A program made the translations under genes and the position numbers. From positions 35,652,001 through 35,716,000 of the forward strand of contig NC_086108.1 of the NCBI RefSeq assembly GCF_963921235.1: a stretch of 64,000 nucleotides of DNA. The letters run 5' to 3'. Shown in pieces: positions 1 through 13,410 of this stretch (positions are counted from its first letter, which is position 1; every line of letters starts with the position of its first letter). Source of the stretch: Mobula hypostoma. Taxonomy: Eukaryota. The notes beneath the pieces were generated by a model that ran no database searches, was not told the DNA's origin, and worked only from the letters and a program-made list of their open reading frames with translations.

Positions 1-1050
1 GGAGACATGGGATCCAAGGGGACATTGCTTTGTAGATCTAGAACTGGCTTGCCCACAGAAGGCAAAGAGTGGTTGTAGACGGATCATATTCTGCATGGAC
101 GTTGGTCACCAGTGGTGTGCCTCAGGGATCTGTTCTGGGACCCCTACTCTTCGTGATTTTTATAAATGACCTGGATAAGGAAGTGGAGGGATGGGTTAGT
201 AAATTTGCTGTCAGAGGTTACACCAGGACATTGATAGGATGCAAAACTGGGCTGAGAAGTGACAGATGGAGTTCAACCCAGATAAGTGTGAGGTGGTTCA
301 TTTTGGTAGGTCAAATATGATGACAGAATATAGTATTAATGGTAAGATTCTTGGCAGTGTGGAGGATCTTGGGGTCCGAGTCCATAAGACACTCAAAGCT
401 GCTACGCAGGTTGACTCTATGGTTAAGAAAGCATACAGTGCATTGGCCTTCATCAATCATGGGATTGAGTTTAGGAGCCGAGAGGTAATGTTGCAGCTAT
501 ATGGGACTCTGGTCAGACACCACTTGGAGTAATATGTTCAGTTCTGGTCGCCTCACTATAGAAGGATGTGGAAACCATAGAAAGGGTGCAGAGGAGATTT
601 ACAAGGATGATGCCTGGATTGGGGAGCATGCCTTATGAGAATAGGTTGAGTGAACTTGGCCTTTTTTCCTTGTAGCGACGGAGGATGAGAGGTGACCTGT
701 CAGAGGTGTATAGGATGATGAAAGGCATTGATCGTGTGGATAGTCAGAGGCTTTTCCCCTGGCTGAAATGGCTAGTATGAGAGGACACAGCTTTAAGGTG
801 CTTGGAAGTAGGTACAGAGGAGATGTCGGGGTAAGTTTTTTTACGAAGAGAGTGGTGAGTGGGTGGAATGGGCTGCCGGTGACGGTGGTGGAAGCAGATA
901 CAATAGGATCTTTTAAGAGACTCCTGAATAGGTACATGGAGCTCAGAAAAATAGAGGGCTATGGGTAATTTGAGGTAATTTCTAAGGTAAGAACATGTTC
1001 ATCACAGCTTTGTGGGCCGAAGGGCCTGTATTGTGATGTAGGTTTTCTGT
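1..1050 (+). mobile_element. CR1 LINE 3' fragment (RT C-terminus and 3' UTR), decayed
   Basis: ORF pieces [38 protein letters not shown] and FFTKRVVSGWNGLP; closely resembles the copy at 21567-22499. Confidence 0.93.
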
Positions 1051-1061
1051 GTTTACTGTGT

Positions 1062-1512
1062 CTAGCCTGTCAACATCCGAAAGGTTTCAATGAGATCCCC
1101 CCTCATCTTTCTGAGTCCCAGCGAGTACAAGCCCAGAACCATCAAACGTTCCTCGTATGATAACCCTTTCATTCCTGGAATCATCCTTGTGAACCTCCTC
1201 TGAACCCTCTCCAATGTCAGCACATCTTTTCTAAGATGAGGATCCCAAAACTGTTCACAATACTCAAGGTGAGGCCTCACCAGTGCCTTAAAAAGCCTCA
1301 GTATCACATCACTGCTCTTGTATTCTAGACCTATTGAAATGAATGCCAACATGGCATTTGCCTTCCTCACCACCAACTCGACCTGCAAGTTAACCTTTAG
1401 GGTGTTCTGCACAAGGACTCCCAAGTACCTTTGCATCCCAGATTTTTGGACTTTCTCTCCGTTTAGAAAGTAGTCTGCACATTTATTTCTACTACCGAAG
1501 TGCATGGCCATG
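1062..1512 (-). mobile_element. CR1 LINE internal RT fragment
   Basis: ORF with LVRPHLEYCEQFW and LERVQRRFTRMIPG. Confidence 0.9.
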
Positions 1513-2839
1513 CATATAGGTGGCTTTCAGCTGACAGCCATGCTGAAACTTGGTGATGTGTTCAGCAAACCAAATGACGAGAAGGCCAGCCCCCACTATT
1601 GCTTGAAACTGTTACCACATCACACACCAAAATTCTAGGCTGCCCAGGTAAGCAAATTCACACCTGCACAGGATCAAGGTCCTGAGTGGAACTGTTGAGT
1701 TCAAGAAGCTTGTAACTGACAAAGTGCAGCATTACCATGTGTCATGCAATAAAATCTGGCCAAGAATTCCATTGCAATTTCACGTCAAGGCACGTTCTCA
1801 GGCACCAGAATGTACCTCCGCAGAATAATCCTGCTTGCAGCCACACCATTTCATCTGGTTCTGGTCTCTTAGAAATATCACTCATTAGAAGGAATCAATT
1901 TGACGCACTGGAGTCGCTGCTGGATCGTAGTAGAACAAACAAGTGCCTGCCTACTTGACCACACCATTTAAGCAGCCTGGTGAAATCCCCCTTCAATTTC
2001 CATTGTCACTCCAGTTCCTTCTTCACCATAGTTGCTCCTTCAAAGTCACTCCATACACCCTCAGTTGGTCATATACCTCCTTTGTTTCAGCAAGGGAGTT
2101 TGGTTTTTGGTTAAGCCACGTGGGATATTTCCCCATCTGCTCAATATAAATACATGATTTTGTTGTTTTGTTTTTTCTGCTTTTAGAAGGTGAGAATGAA
2201 AAACAAAGCAAAAATTGAAATAATAAATCAAATAGCAAATTGAAATAATATAGTTTAAACATATCAAACCTGAAATATGAGAGAAATAATATTAAATTGT
2301 ATGACATTGCACAAAGTTAAGAGAAGGTCCTCCTTGTCAGCCACTCCTGGTCCCAAATCTCGAGAATACACAGACCAGGTATACTTGGAAAAGACTTAAT
2401 GTGTTTTTGCAGATTGACTGTGGGGAAACTTGGTCAATCCTTCAGCCATGAAAGAAGAGAGGGGTTAGATCCCAACACACAACAAACATGTCCTGTTTGA
2501 AGAAACAGGAATTCACAGGAGCTGAATTGTGAAGACAATTAAATTCACAGCTACCTCATGATTCTCAGAAATAACTTCTCTTGTAAAATATGCATGCAGT
2601 ATTGGTTTATATCAGTAAGTACACAGTGGTAAATTCTTCAGACTATCTTATTTCACACACAGGGATGAAATCAAGCTCAACCAGTCTAGAATCTGTAAGT
2701 TAGGCTACCTCTTGCAGGACATATGTCTAATACCATCCCTCTCCTAATTCACACAGGTAATCATTAAACCCAGAAGCAAACCACTCCCCAAATACTTTAG
2801 AGCTGCCAGCAAAGTAAATGAATCCATGTCAATCCTGCA

Positions 2840-3820
2840 AAGACACTGATGACATTGCTGTCATAGGCCAAATCAACGGTAGTGACGAATCTGCATTCAG
2901 GAGGGAGACTGAAAATCTGGCTGAGTGGCGCCATTAAAAAAAATTCTTACACAATGTCAGCAAGACTAGGGAGCTGATTATTGACTTCAGGAGGAGGATA
3001 CCAGAGGTCCATGAGTCAGTCTTCATCAGAGGTGGAGAAGGTTAGCAACTTTAAATTCCTCTGTGTTATCATTATGGGGGACCTGTCCTGGACCCAGCAC
3101 ATAAGGGGCAATTATGAAGGAAGCACAGCAGTGTCTCTATTTGCTTAGGAGTTTGCAAAGACTTGACGTGATATCTAAAACTTTGACTAACTTCTGTAGA
3201 TGCGTAGTGGAGAGTATATTGACTGGCTGCATTACAGTTTGGAATGGAAACACCAATACCCTTGAATGGAAAATCCTGCAAAATGCAGTGGATGTGGCCT
3301 AGTCCATCACAGGTAAAGCCCACCCCATTATTGAGCATTGTTGCAGGAAAGCAGCATTCACCATCGGGGACCCTCATAACCCAGATCATGCTCTCTTCTC
3401 ACTGCTTCCATTGGGAAGAAGTACAGGAGCCTCAAGATTCACACAACCAGGTTCAGGAACAGTTATTACCCCTCAAGCAACAGTCTCTGGAACCAAAGTG
3501 GATAACTTCACTCACTGTCACTTGCCCCATCATTGAAAGGTTCCCACAGCCTATGGATTCACTTTCAAGGACTCTACATCTCATGGTCTCAATATTTATT
3601 ATTTATTTATTTGTTATGGTTCCTTTTTTTTCGTATTTGCGGTTTTTCTGTCTTTTGCACACTGGTTGAATGCCCAAGTTGTTGCGGTCTTTCATTGATT
3701 CTGTTACGGTCATTATTCTATTATGGATTTATTAAGTATGTCCGCAAGAAAATGAATCTCAGTGTCGTATATATATGGGGACATATACGTACTTTGCTAG
3801 TAAATTTACTTTGAACTTCG
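2840..3820 (+). mobile_element. Rex1/Babar-type LINE 3' fragment
   Basis: RT motif remnant near 2845 (DD.AVIG), KEAQQCLYLLRSL and VVESILTGCITVW.G motifs, AT-rich tail ending TTTGAACTT. Confidence 0.8.
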
Positions 3821-4196
3821 AAATTTAAAACCCTATTTGACACCAAACTGCCTGGATAACCAGACACTTCACATCAGCCTGCAACTAGACTGTGAACTCT
3901 AGTATGATCAGGAGCAGAGGAAGACCTAAACATAGGAAGATTTTAAAAAATCACATTGATTCTGACAACCTGGTTAATCAGCTTTATTTAGAAGTATACT
4001 AAAGAATAAAGTCCATTTTAAAACAAATTTTAGCCATTGTACAATGAATTGCCTGTCTTTTATTACACTGATGACCTGGATGTAGCACAATGCCCATTCA
4101 TAGTCAATACTATATCTGATTTCCTCCAGAAGAAAACAGTGGTTTTGCTCTTGAAAGTGAGTGGCTTCACAGATTAGTTTCAGAAGTTATGATAGG

Positions 4197-5806
4197 ACCC
4201 CTATCCACTCTACTGGTTACATCCTCAAAAAACTCTATGAGATTCGTCAGACATGATTTTCCTTTCACAAACCCATGCTGACTTTGTCCGATGATTTCAC
4301 CGCTTTCCAAATGTGCTGTTATCACATCTTTGATAACTGACTCCAGCAGTTTCCCCACCACCGACGTTAGGCTAACTGGTCTATAATTCCCCAGTTTCTC
4401 TCTCCCTCCTTTTTTAAAAAGTGGGGTTACATTAGCCACCCCCCAATCCTCAGGAATTAGTCCAGAATCTAATGAGTTTTGAAAAATTATCACTAATGCA
4501 TCCACTATTTCTTGAGCTACTTCCTTAAGCACTCTGGGATGCAGACCATCTGGCCCTGGGGATTTATCTGCCTTCAATCCCTTCAATTTACCTAACACCA
4601 CTTCCCTACTAACATGTATTTCACTCAGTTCCTCCATCTCACTGGACCCTCTGTCCCTTACTATTTCTGGAAGATTATTTATGTCCTCCTTAGTGAAGAC
4701 AGAACCAAAGTAATTATTCAATTGGTCTGCCATGTCCTTGCTCCCCATAATCAATTCACCTGTTTCTTTCTGTAGGGGACCTACATTTGTCTTTACCAGT
4801 CTTTTCCTTTTCACATATCTATAAAAGCTTTTACAGTCAATATATATTAATGACTTGGATGAGGGAATTAAATGCAGCATCTCCAAGTTTGCGGCTGACA
4901 CGAAGCTGGGCGGCAGTGTTAGCTGTGAGGAGGATGCTAAGAGGATGCAGGGTGACTTGGATAGGTTGGGTGAGTGGGCAAATTCATGGCAGATGCAATT
5001 TAATGTGGATAAATGTGAAGTTATCCACTTTGGTGGCAAAAATAGGAAAACAGATTATTATCTGAATGGTGGCCGATTAGGAAAAGGGGAGGTGAAACGA
5101 GACCTGGGTGTCATTATACACCAGTCATTGAAAGTGGGCATGCAGGTACAGCAGGCGGTGAAAAAGGCGAATGGTATGCTGGCATTTATAGCGAGAGGAT
5201 TCGAGTACAGGAGCAGGGAGGTACTACTGCAGTTGTACAAGGCCTTGGTGAGACCACACCTGGAGTATTGTGTGCAGTTTTGGTCCCCTAATCTGAGGAA
5301 AGACATCCTTGCCATAGAGGGAGTACAAAGAAGGTTCACCAGATTGATTCCTGGGATGGCAGGACTTTCATATGAAGAAAGACTGGATCGACTAGGCTTA
5401 TATTCGCAGGAATTTAGAAGATTGAGGGGGGATCTTATTGAAACGTATAAAATTCTAAAGGAATTGGAAGGAAGATTGTTCCTGATGTTGGGGAAGTCCA
5501 GAACGAGGGGTCACAGTTTAAGGATAACGGGGAAGCCTTTTAGGACTGAGATGAGGAAAAACTTCTTCACACAGAGAGTGGTGAATCTGTGGAATTCTCT
5601 GCCACAGGAAACAGTTGAGGCCAGTTCATTGGCTATATTTAAGAGGGAGTTAGATATGGCCCTTGTGACTAAAGGGATCAGGGGATATGGAGAGAAAGCA
5701 GGTACCGGATTGTGAGTTGGATGGTCAGCCATGACCATACTGAATGGTGGTGCAGGCTCGAAGGGCTGAATGGCCTACTCCTGCACCTATTTTCTATGTT
5801 TCTATG
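4197..5806. mobile_element. CR1 LINE insertion with 5' inversion (4197-4839 minus; 4838-5806 plus)
   Basis: Minus arm encodes DCKSFYRYVKRK...KSPGPDGLHPRVL...FEDVTSRVDRG; plus arm starts IYINDLDEG, runs to the ORF2 end and a (TTTCTATG)n tail. Confidence 0.9.
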
Positions 5807-7524
5807 CTTTCTAAGGTTCTATTCATCATTCTTTGGGTGCTACAGAGCACCATTTCTTCGGCAGGGTAATGCTGACGGACCTCATCCACTTGTCCAGTTC
5901 TTGCTATTACAGCTCCGCGCAGTGTCTATAGAACTCCCATCTCTCCATGGGAATGTTGTTGCCACACACCCTCACAGCATCCCGCTCTTGCTCGAAACTC
6001 TCCATAGTCATAGGCAGAGCTTTTGAAATACTTTCTAATACATTGTACATTCACTGGTGCTGTTCAGTGCTTCTCCTCCATATCAAGGGATTGAGTGCAC
6101 GTCTTCAATTTAACAGAGCTTGATGCGTCTCCATCCTCTGACTGAGAACTTCTAGTACTCTCCCTCTCTCCATCTCCACTTGTGCTTATTTATGACGCAC
6201 AGGCGATTGGGTGCACGTTTCACAGCCTCTCTAATTATTGCCATGGATGTGTACACAGTCAGCCAATGCAGGGTCTGCATAAATGGCAGGACAAGACAAC
6301 ACTCAGTGAGAGATACCTGCTCTAAATGGTCTTTATCAGCAACCTCAGTTAAGTAGGAAAGCACTGTTGGGAAACGTTTGTCATTGAGCCAAGTATCCCG
6401 GAAGTTTCGGAGAGCATTGTAATTCATTCACTTCGTGTCAGGTCAACACGAGATAGTACTTCATGTTATGTTCTGCCTGAAGTCAGGATAATGCTACCTC
6501 CACACCCTCTGAGAACCAAGCATGGTGAAGCTCCACTGGACACCAGAGCCTGTGCGGGTTTTAGCTGTCAGAAGGGTGGAGGGCCATATTGGTTTCTTTC
6601 CCCTCCCCTCACACTCCATCATTCTTTTTCTTGCAGGGAATGGGAGAGGAGTCCAATGGATGGACAGCATTTGTTGATGGTGAGAGGGGGAATGTGACTT
6701 AGCATGAAGCCAAGGGGGAGTAGTAGAGGAGGATGGATGGATAAAGAAATCAGAACATGCTTTGACACTGAAGTGGAAATGAGGAGAGATATGGCACAGT
6801 AATCTTGACAGAGAAGGGAGAAGCTGCTGTCTGGTGGTAGACATACCCTCATCTTCATGCTCCTTTTAATCTATTAAAACAAATTGCACTCCTCTGAAGT
6901 GAATCCTGTGGAAAGTCTCTGGCTGTTGTCCTCTTACACCTTCTTAGTTTTGCTAATGGAGTTCTTCTTCCTTTGGATGAGTGTCTCCGTCCTGCTCTGC
7001 ACAGTTCCCCATAACACCTCAGTGGAGACAGTCATCAAGTGGTGTGGATTGAAACACAGATTGATGGCTTTGATCTTCTCAATGTTTTCTTTGAAGGGAA
7101 TTTTTGCCCATCCATGTCTGAATGTCGTAAGAGCCACATGACAAAACAGACGCAGTGGAAGGGCTGAGAGTTGTCGCTGAGATAGATCCTATGATTCTCA
7201 TCAAACGTAGTAGCCCAGGAGATTATGCACAAAAGGAGGTCAACTAGCCCATAATTTTCAGAGAAGGTTGATTCAAACTAATCCCAGTTTCCAGCATTCA
7301 GTCCATAGCTTTCTGAGATACCACACATCATGAGCTGATCCAGGGTTGTTTGAATGAGAAGAGAGTTTCTGCGTCCTTCATCATCTTGGATACAAAGTCC
7401 AAGACTTCGACACAACTCTTCATCTCTCCCCTAATCTTTCACTTAGCTATGGCCCCAGTTCTTGACATCTCCATTAGGGAAAAGCGTTCTTATGTCCTAA
7501 CCTTATGTCCATAGCCTCGCACCA

Positions 7525-7740
7525 CTGCCTGTACGGAGTTTGTCTGCTCTCCCCTGACCACATGGGTTTCCTCCGGGTGTCCGGTTTCCTCTGACAGTCC
7601 AAAGGTGTAGCATTTGGCAGGTTAATTAGTCATTGTAAATTGTCCCGTGGTTCGGCTCGGGTTAAATCAGGGACCTGATGGGTGTTGTGGCTCAAAGAGC
7701 CAGAAGAAGCTATTCCACACTGTATCTCAATAAAATAAAA
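7525..7740 (+). mobile_element. V-SINE fragment
   Basis: Central V-domain-like GGAGTTTG...GGGTTTCCTCCGGGTGTCCGGTTTCCTC...GTCCAAAG with an A-rich tail. Confidence 0.8.
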
Positions 7741-9549
7741 TCATTCTATAAAGCTATTCCTCACAACCCTGGCAAACTCTTCATCAGTTTGCATCCCCTC
7801 TAGTGTTATCGCTCTTCCTTGTGATGTGCTCCCCAGAACTCTATACAGACCTTTAAAGACTCGTACTGCACTCAGTTCCACCATTACTTCATTGCACCAT
7901 AACTATATTTTATGTTCTATGCTTTCTTAACCATTGTATCTACCTGGCTTGCTACAAGTAGAATCACAGAAAATAGAATTATGGTAAGGTACAATTTGGA
8001 GGAAGCCACTTAACCAAATTCTGTGCTTGTCTGAAAGAATAATATCTCCATCTTTATCCCACTTTCCTACACTTCATCTGTGGCCCTGTAAGTAATGGTT
8101 CTTCAAGCATGGATCCAGGAAATTTCTAAATCAACCAAAATTTCTTCCTCCACCATCTTTTCAGGCAGTGAGTTCCCAGACCCTGCCACTCTACGGATTA
8201 AGACGTAAAAAATGCTTAGCTCCCTGTAAATCCTCCTACTAATTAGTTTAGATCTATTGTTCCTGGTTTTTGGTCTCCATGGGAAAGAAGGAATTCCCTT
8301 TGCTGAGCTCTCGATAGGAACAGTATAGATTAATTAAAATGCACTGCCTCCGAGTTACTTCACCAAACTTTTCCCTCTCATGCAACAAGCTTTGATTATC
8401 CTGCATATTTCCAACTGAAAGTTTATTAAGTCCCTCAAAGTTAGATTCCGAAAATTTTCCCACCACTGAAGTTAAATTAACTCTCCTTGTTTACTCCTTC
8501 CTTTCTTTTTAAACAACAATCGAACATCAAGAGGCCTCTGTTCCTCCACCACCAAAATGGGTAAAAGAGTTTATTCCAAATTTCTTTAACCTCCTGCGGA
8601 AGTAGAAGTACTGTGATGCCCTGACTGCCGTTGAGCTCTTATAACAATCTAACAGCTTCATCGGCATTACCTTTATTAATAGCAGCATTTAATTCCTGGA
8701 TTTTAAACTAAATTCAAATTCTCAGATTGTCACACCGGGATGTGGGTGTACAGATTACTGGTCTAAACGCTGCACTAATGAACCTCAAAAGTGCTCGGAT
8801 TATGACTATACTCATGAGTCACGAGACACGCAACGGTACACGAGGGTAGATTCACATGAATAAAAGTGAATAACTCCTATTCTTGGAACTCTTATGAATT
8901 TTTCATCTATATTGACAAGTGCAGTAGAGAAAAATATATTGTTCATTCTGAAATACCGACAAATCGTAAAAGCAGTTTACTCTCATCACGAGGATAATAC
9001 AATGAATGCGTGTAGGTGAGCTTGATTAGGCCCACTGCTTCAGAATTGCTCACTGTAGTGTTAGTTACTGTACTGAATAATCAAGCTGTTGTAAGACATA
9101 CCTTCAAAGACCCTTAACTATGATAAATTTACAGTTTCAAATTAGAATGCGATTCTGTTTATTTGTGACCTCCAGCATGCAATGTGATTCCTCACATGCT
9201 GTGTGTACGTGCTCCATGCCCTCTCAATCACTTCCTCTTTATGCTGCTTCTATAGGACAAAGTCTCACTTATTTCGGAGTTATTTCACTCAATGTGTTTG
9301 AACAATAGTAGATCTAACAAGGTGATCGTTGGTATGCAGATTGTGGGCTGATCGCTGGGCTGGCCGGTCTGGATTGTGCATCATTATCCCGGGATATCAG
9401 CCCAGACAAGGCAGGACAGCTGCCTTCAACAGTGACCAGCTTCACTTATAGAGCTGCTTTGCAGCTAGTCAGAACCTGCCTCAACCCTCAGCTGCTGCCA
9501 AAGTTAGCATTTGCAGGCAGTCAGATCACTCAAGACTAGTGACAGAATT

Positions 9550-12378
9550 AAATATTGGCAGAAGATTTATAACATTAAAAGAACGGGATAAGATATTAAT
9601 ATCCCTCATGCCAATGAGTCATGAGTACATGCTCGAGACAGCCTTGATGTTGGGAGTGCTACAGGGTTGACACGCAGGGGTTATCGAGTGGGCACCCTCC
9701 TTCCTCAATGTTTCATCAACTAGCCCACTACATCTCTGGAGGGCTTGACGATGACTTCTGGTGTCCCAGAATCACCTCCCATTGTGTCTTCCCACTCTCT
9801 TGATGCTCTCTTGGGAGTCCAGGAGAGGTCTTTTTGCTTGATCCAAAGCCGGTGACCGCTTCTTCCTGCCGCCTCTGATATGGCTCTGATAGTTCGCTGT
9901 AGAGTCTGACCATGGATCCCTAACTCCTTCAGCAATAAATCCCTTACAACCCACCTCCAAGGGACAAACCTTGATGTTCCAGCCCCATCCCTGAGCCTCA
10001 GCTGCCAGATCTGCATAGCGTGGGCTCTTCCGTTCATATGCTTCAGCCACAGTGTAGACGATCTGTAATGGATGGACCAGAGAATCAAGGCTGGCCTGAG
10101 CTTGGTGGTAACAATTTCCAGTGGAAAGGTGATTTGTTTATTGACATCCTCCAGCATTTTCCAGTCACGGACTATGTTCATCGGTCCTGTTTCTGGCTTA
10201 GGAGGGAGATTATTTGATCTTTTCCCTCCTGAACGAATGAATGCTGCTGGTGTCAGGGCATTAGTCATTCTAGGGGGCAAGGAGTTGGTTGCTACCCTCT
10301 TGGTCACGATTGCCACTGCCAGACTCTTCAAGGCCTGGTTGTGACGCCATATTTATCCGCCTTGTGTGAGGCTGGTTCTGCAGCTTGCCAGGATATGCTT
10401 GAGGGTTGCCGGAATCGGGTACGGGGCACAAGCTGGGTTCTCACTGAACCACTGGAGGGTTTTTTTTTTGTGAGGGAAGCACATCATATGTAGCTCTGAT
10501 GAGAAAGCTACGTCTGTGTGCTTCCATCTCCCATATGTCCTTCCAGCTGGATTTTCTCCTCTTAATGCTTTCCCACCACATCCATTGCCCCTGCTTTGCC
10601 AGGGAGACAGCCTTTGCAATTCTCTCTGACTCTTCTTGTTGCCGCACTTCCTCGACAACCATCTTCCTTCGATCTGGGATTGTGGCCTTGTGCCAGGTGG
10701 GTCCACTTGCTGCCAGACCAAAGCCACCCCTGCCCTGTTGGAATTGCCCCACAATGTCTCTATGCCTAAGGGCTGCTGTTGCTTGCTGCACCACATCAGC
10801 GGGGGTCCATTTCTGCCCTGTTGATACAGTCCGTGCAGCATGACTGATGATCTTGTCACAAGAGTCTTTGAGTGTCACCTGTAGACATACCTCAGAATAC
10901 TTGAATTCCTCTGTAAGGCCAGTGAAAGGTAGTTCAAGGACTCCTATACTATAGAGACTGGTGATACTGATACACCTTGGGACACCGAGCCACTTCTTTA
11001 CGAACAACATGATGGTTTGCTCGAGCTTCTTCACGGTTTTAGTGGGACCTCATAGACAGTGAGTGGCCACATCACCGGGAATAGGAGTCCAAACTGTAAG
11101 CACCAGAGCTTCAGTTTTCCAGGCAGCATTGTCTTGTTGATGTTATCCAGGCCATTGGTGACGTGTTACTTTGGTTGCTGCACCTGGTCTTTGTCTGTGA
11201 GGCTGACACTGTACCATCTACCCAGGCTTTTGACAGGCTGTTCAGACACTGTTGCAATTGGGTTATCACCGATGAAGAACTTTGTCTTTCAGCTTTCCCT
11301 TGACTGTGGAGATGCTTCGTGACTTGCTGGGTTTGATGTTCATTCTGGCCCTCCTGATGTTTTCCTACAGCTTTCCAAGTAGTCGCTTGGTGCATGCTGC
11401 AGTGGTGGTCAGTGCTGTTATATCATCCATGTACACCCTGATAGGGGGAAGACTAAATCCAGCACTTGTTCCTTCACTGCCTACCACCCAGCCTGAAGCC
11501 CCGATAATGACCTCATGACCATTGTGAAGGCCAGGGTTGATAGAGTGTAACCTGCCATAATGCCTCCTTCCAGTCTGTGCCATGTTGTGGTAAAATCTGC
11601 TGTTGTGAAGCACAATTGCAGGACTTGAAAGAACAACTTCACCAGCGTTGTGATGGGCTCTGGTATCTGGAAGAAGTCAAATGCTTCCCAGAGTAGTGCA
11701 TGGGGAATTGAGCTCAATGCATTGCCGAATCCAGGAAGATCACAGAGATTTCTTTTGTCCTTCCTGGCTGCTTAGATCTGGTGCCATATCATGCTAAACA
11801 CCTGGAGAACCCTGGAATTCCTGCTTTCTGTACAGATGTATCAACATACTTGTTTCTCTCCAGGTAGCTGGCCACCCTCTGTGCTACTACCGTGAAGAAG
11901 ATTTTCCCTTCGACATTCAGAAGGCAGATTTGTCGAAACTGACTGATGTTTTCTACACCCTTTTCTTTTGGAATCAGGACACCGCCAATGTTGGGCATTA
12001 TTTGCCTCTGACACACTACCCTCATGCCCCTCCAAAGAAACTCCAAGACATTTGGTGCGTTCTTATAAAACCTATATGATAGCCCATTATGCCGAGGAGC
12101 AATTGTCACTCTTGCCATCAGACTGCCTTCTCCACTTCTCTTCTTTTCGCAGGGTCAGAATCCAGGTGGTAAGTGGGGGGGGGGAGGGTGGGCTGAATTA
12201 GCGGGATGTCAGATGGAATGATCATACACTCCTGCCTTTTCAAGTCAGTGTGAATCTTTTCCAGGTGCTCTTCCAGTTCCTGCTTTGATGTTTTCAAACT
12301 TCCCCTTTTTTCCAGTGTGAAAAGAAGTTCAATGAGCTTAACAACATCTTTGTAGAACCGTGTTCCTGTTTGCAGTTC
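9550..12378 (-). mobile_element. HERO/R2-group non-LTR retrotransposon (RT, CCHC knuckle, restriction-like endonuclease), 5'-truncated and frameshifted
   Basis: FRQICLLNVEGKIFF, YMDDIT, degenerate knuckle C..TLKHILASC, endonuclease motifs KLRP(A)LILWS, AYERK..RYADL and LEVGCKGF. Confidence 0.88.
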
Positions 12379-13095
12379 TATACACAAACAAACACACAAA
12401 GCATGAACACGGACCAACAAAGATATGTACACATATGGCCACTTAACTGGACATGAACGCAATAACACACACCGAACATATAAAAAGCCACATTCTGTAC
12501 ATAAGGCACAGGCATAAGCCCTACACATATACACACACAACATGCACAACACACATACTTAATCACAACCCACATATCCAAAGCATCCACAAAACAAAAA
12601 TATACACACACAGGCACAAACACAGCAATGAACACATACACAAATTAAAAACAGAAACATACACACGCGTATTCCAATACACAGACACACTCACAAACAC
12701 ACATGAACCACACTTATACATGACAAACATATAGACAGCCACAAGCACATACAACAAGAACACACACAAAGTCATGAATATACATCGACACACAAACACA
12801 CTCACGTACGAACACGAAAACACACATATACTCACTATACATAGGAAACCACACGCATGCCCACAAACAAAGTTATGCATGCAAACACACAGGCATGAAC
12901 TATACACAAACACACTTACACAATTACACAGAAACACACAGAAGCAAATGATTATGTGCAGGTAACCACACACAAGAATATGTGCATACACAAATGCACA
13001 CACCTACACAAACACACATATTGTGTATGAAAATCCAGACAACTTTGTTTAAAGTACAAACATAACATACATTACACAAAGGCACACACATACAG

Positions 13096-13149
<54 letters not shown>

Positions 13150-13410
13150 ACTCACACACACACCACAGCCTCAAAGACACATGCAGATACACACCACACA
13201 CATGAACATACAGACACACAAAAAGAACCATGAACACACACATATGCTCACCATACATACACACTACATACAAGCATACAAACACAGACAGAAGCAGGCA
13301 TAAACACACACAGAAGCACATTAAAATGAATGCACACACAATATGTAAAAATGAATACGTGCACACATGAACATAGACACACACTCAAAACATCCACACA
13401 GGTGCACATG
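12379..13410. repeat. ~1 kb degenerate CA-rich satellite with a pure (CA)n core near 13100-13160
   Basis: Direct inspection: CA/ACAC-dominated with strong strand skew. Confidence 0.95.

Noticed and set aside
4167..5039. 290-aa ORF as a chimeric gene
   Set aside because: Produced by reading antisense CR1 across the inversion junction into sense CR1.
12118..13384. Cys/Val-rich and His/Thr-rich ORFs
   Set aside because: Translations of CA/TG low-complexity sequence.
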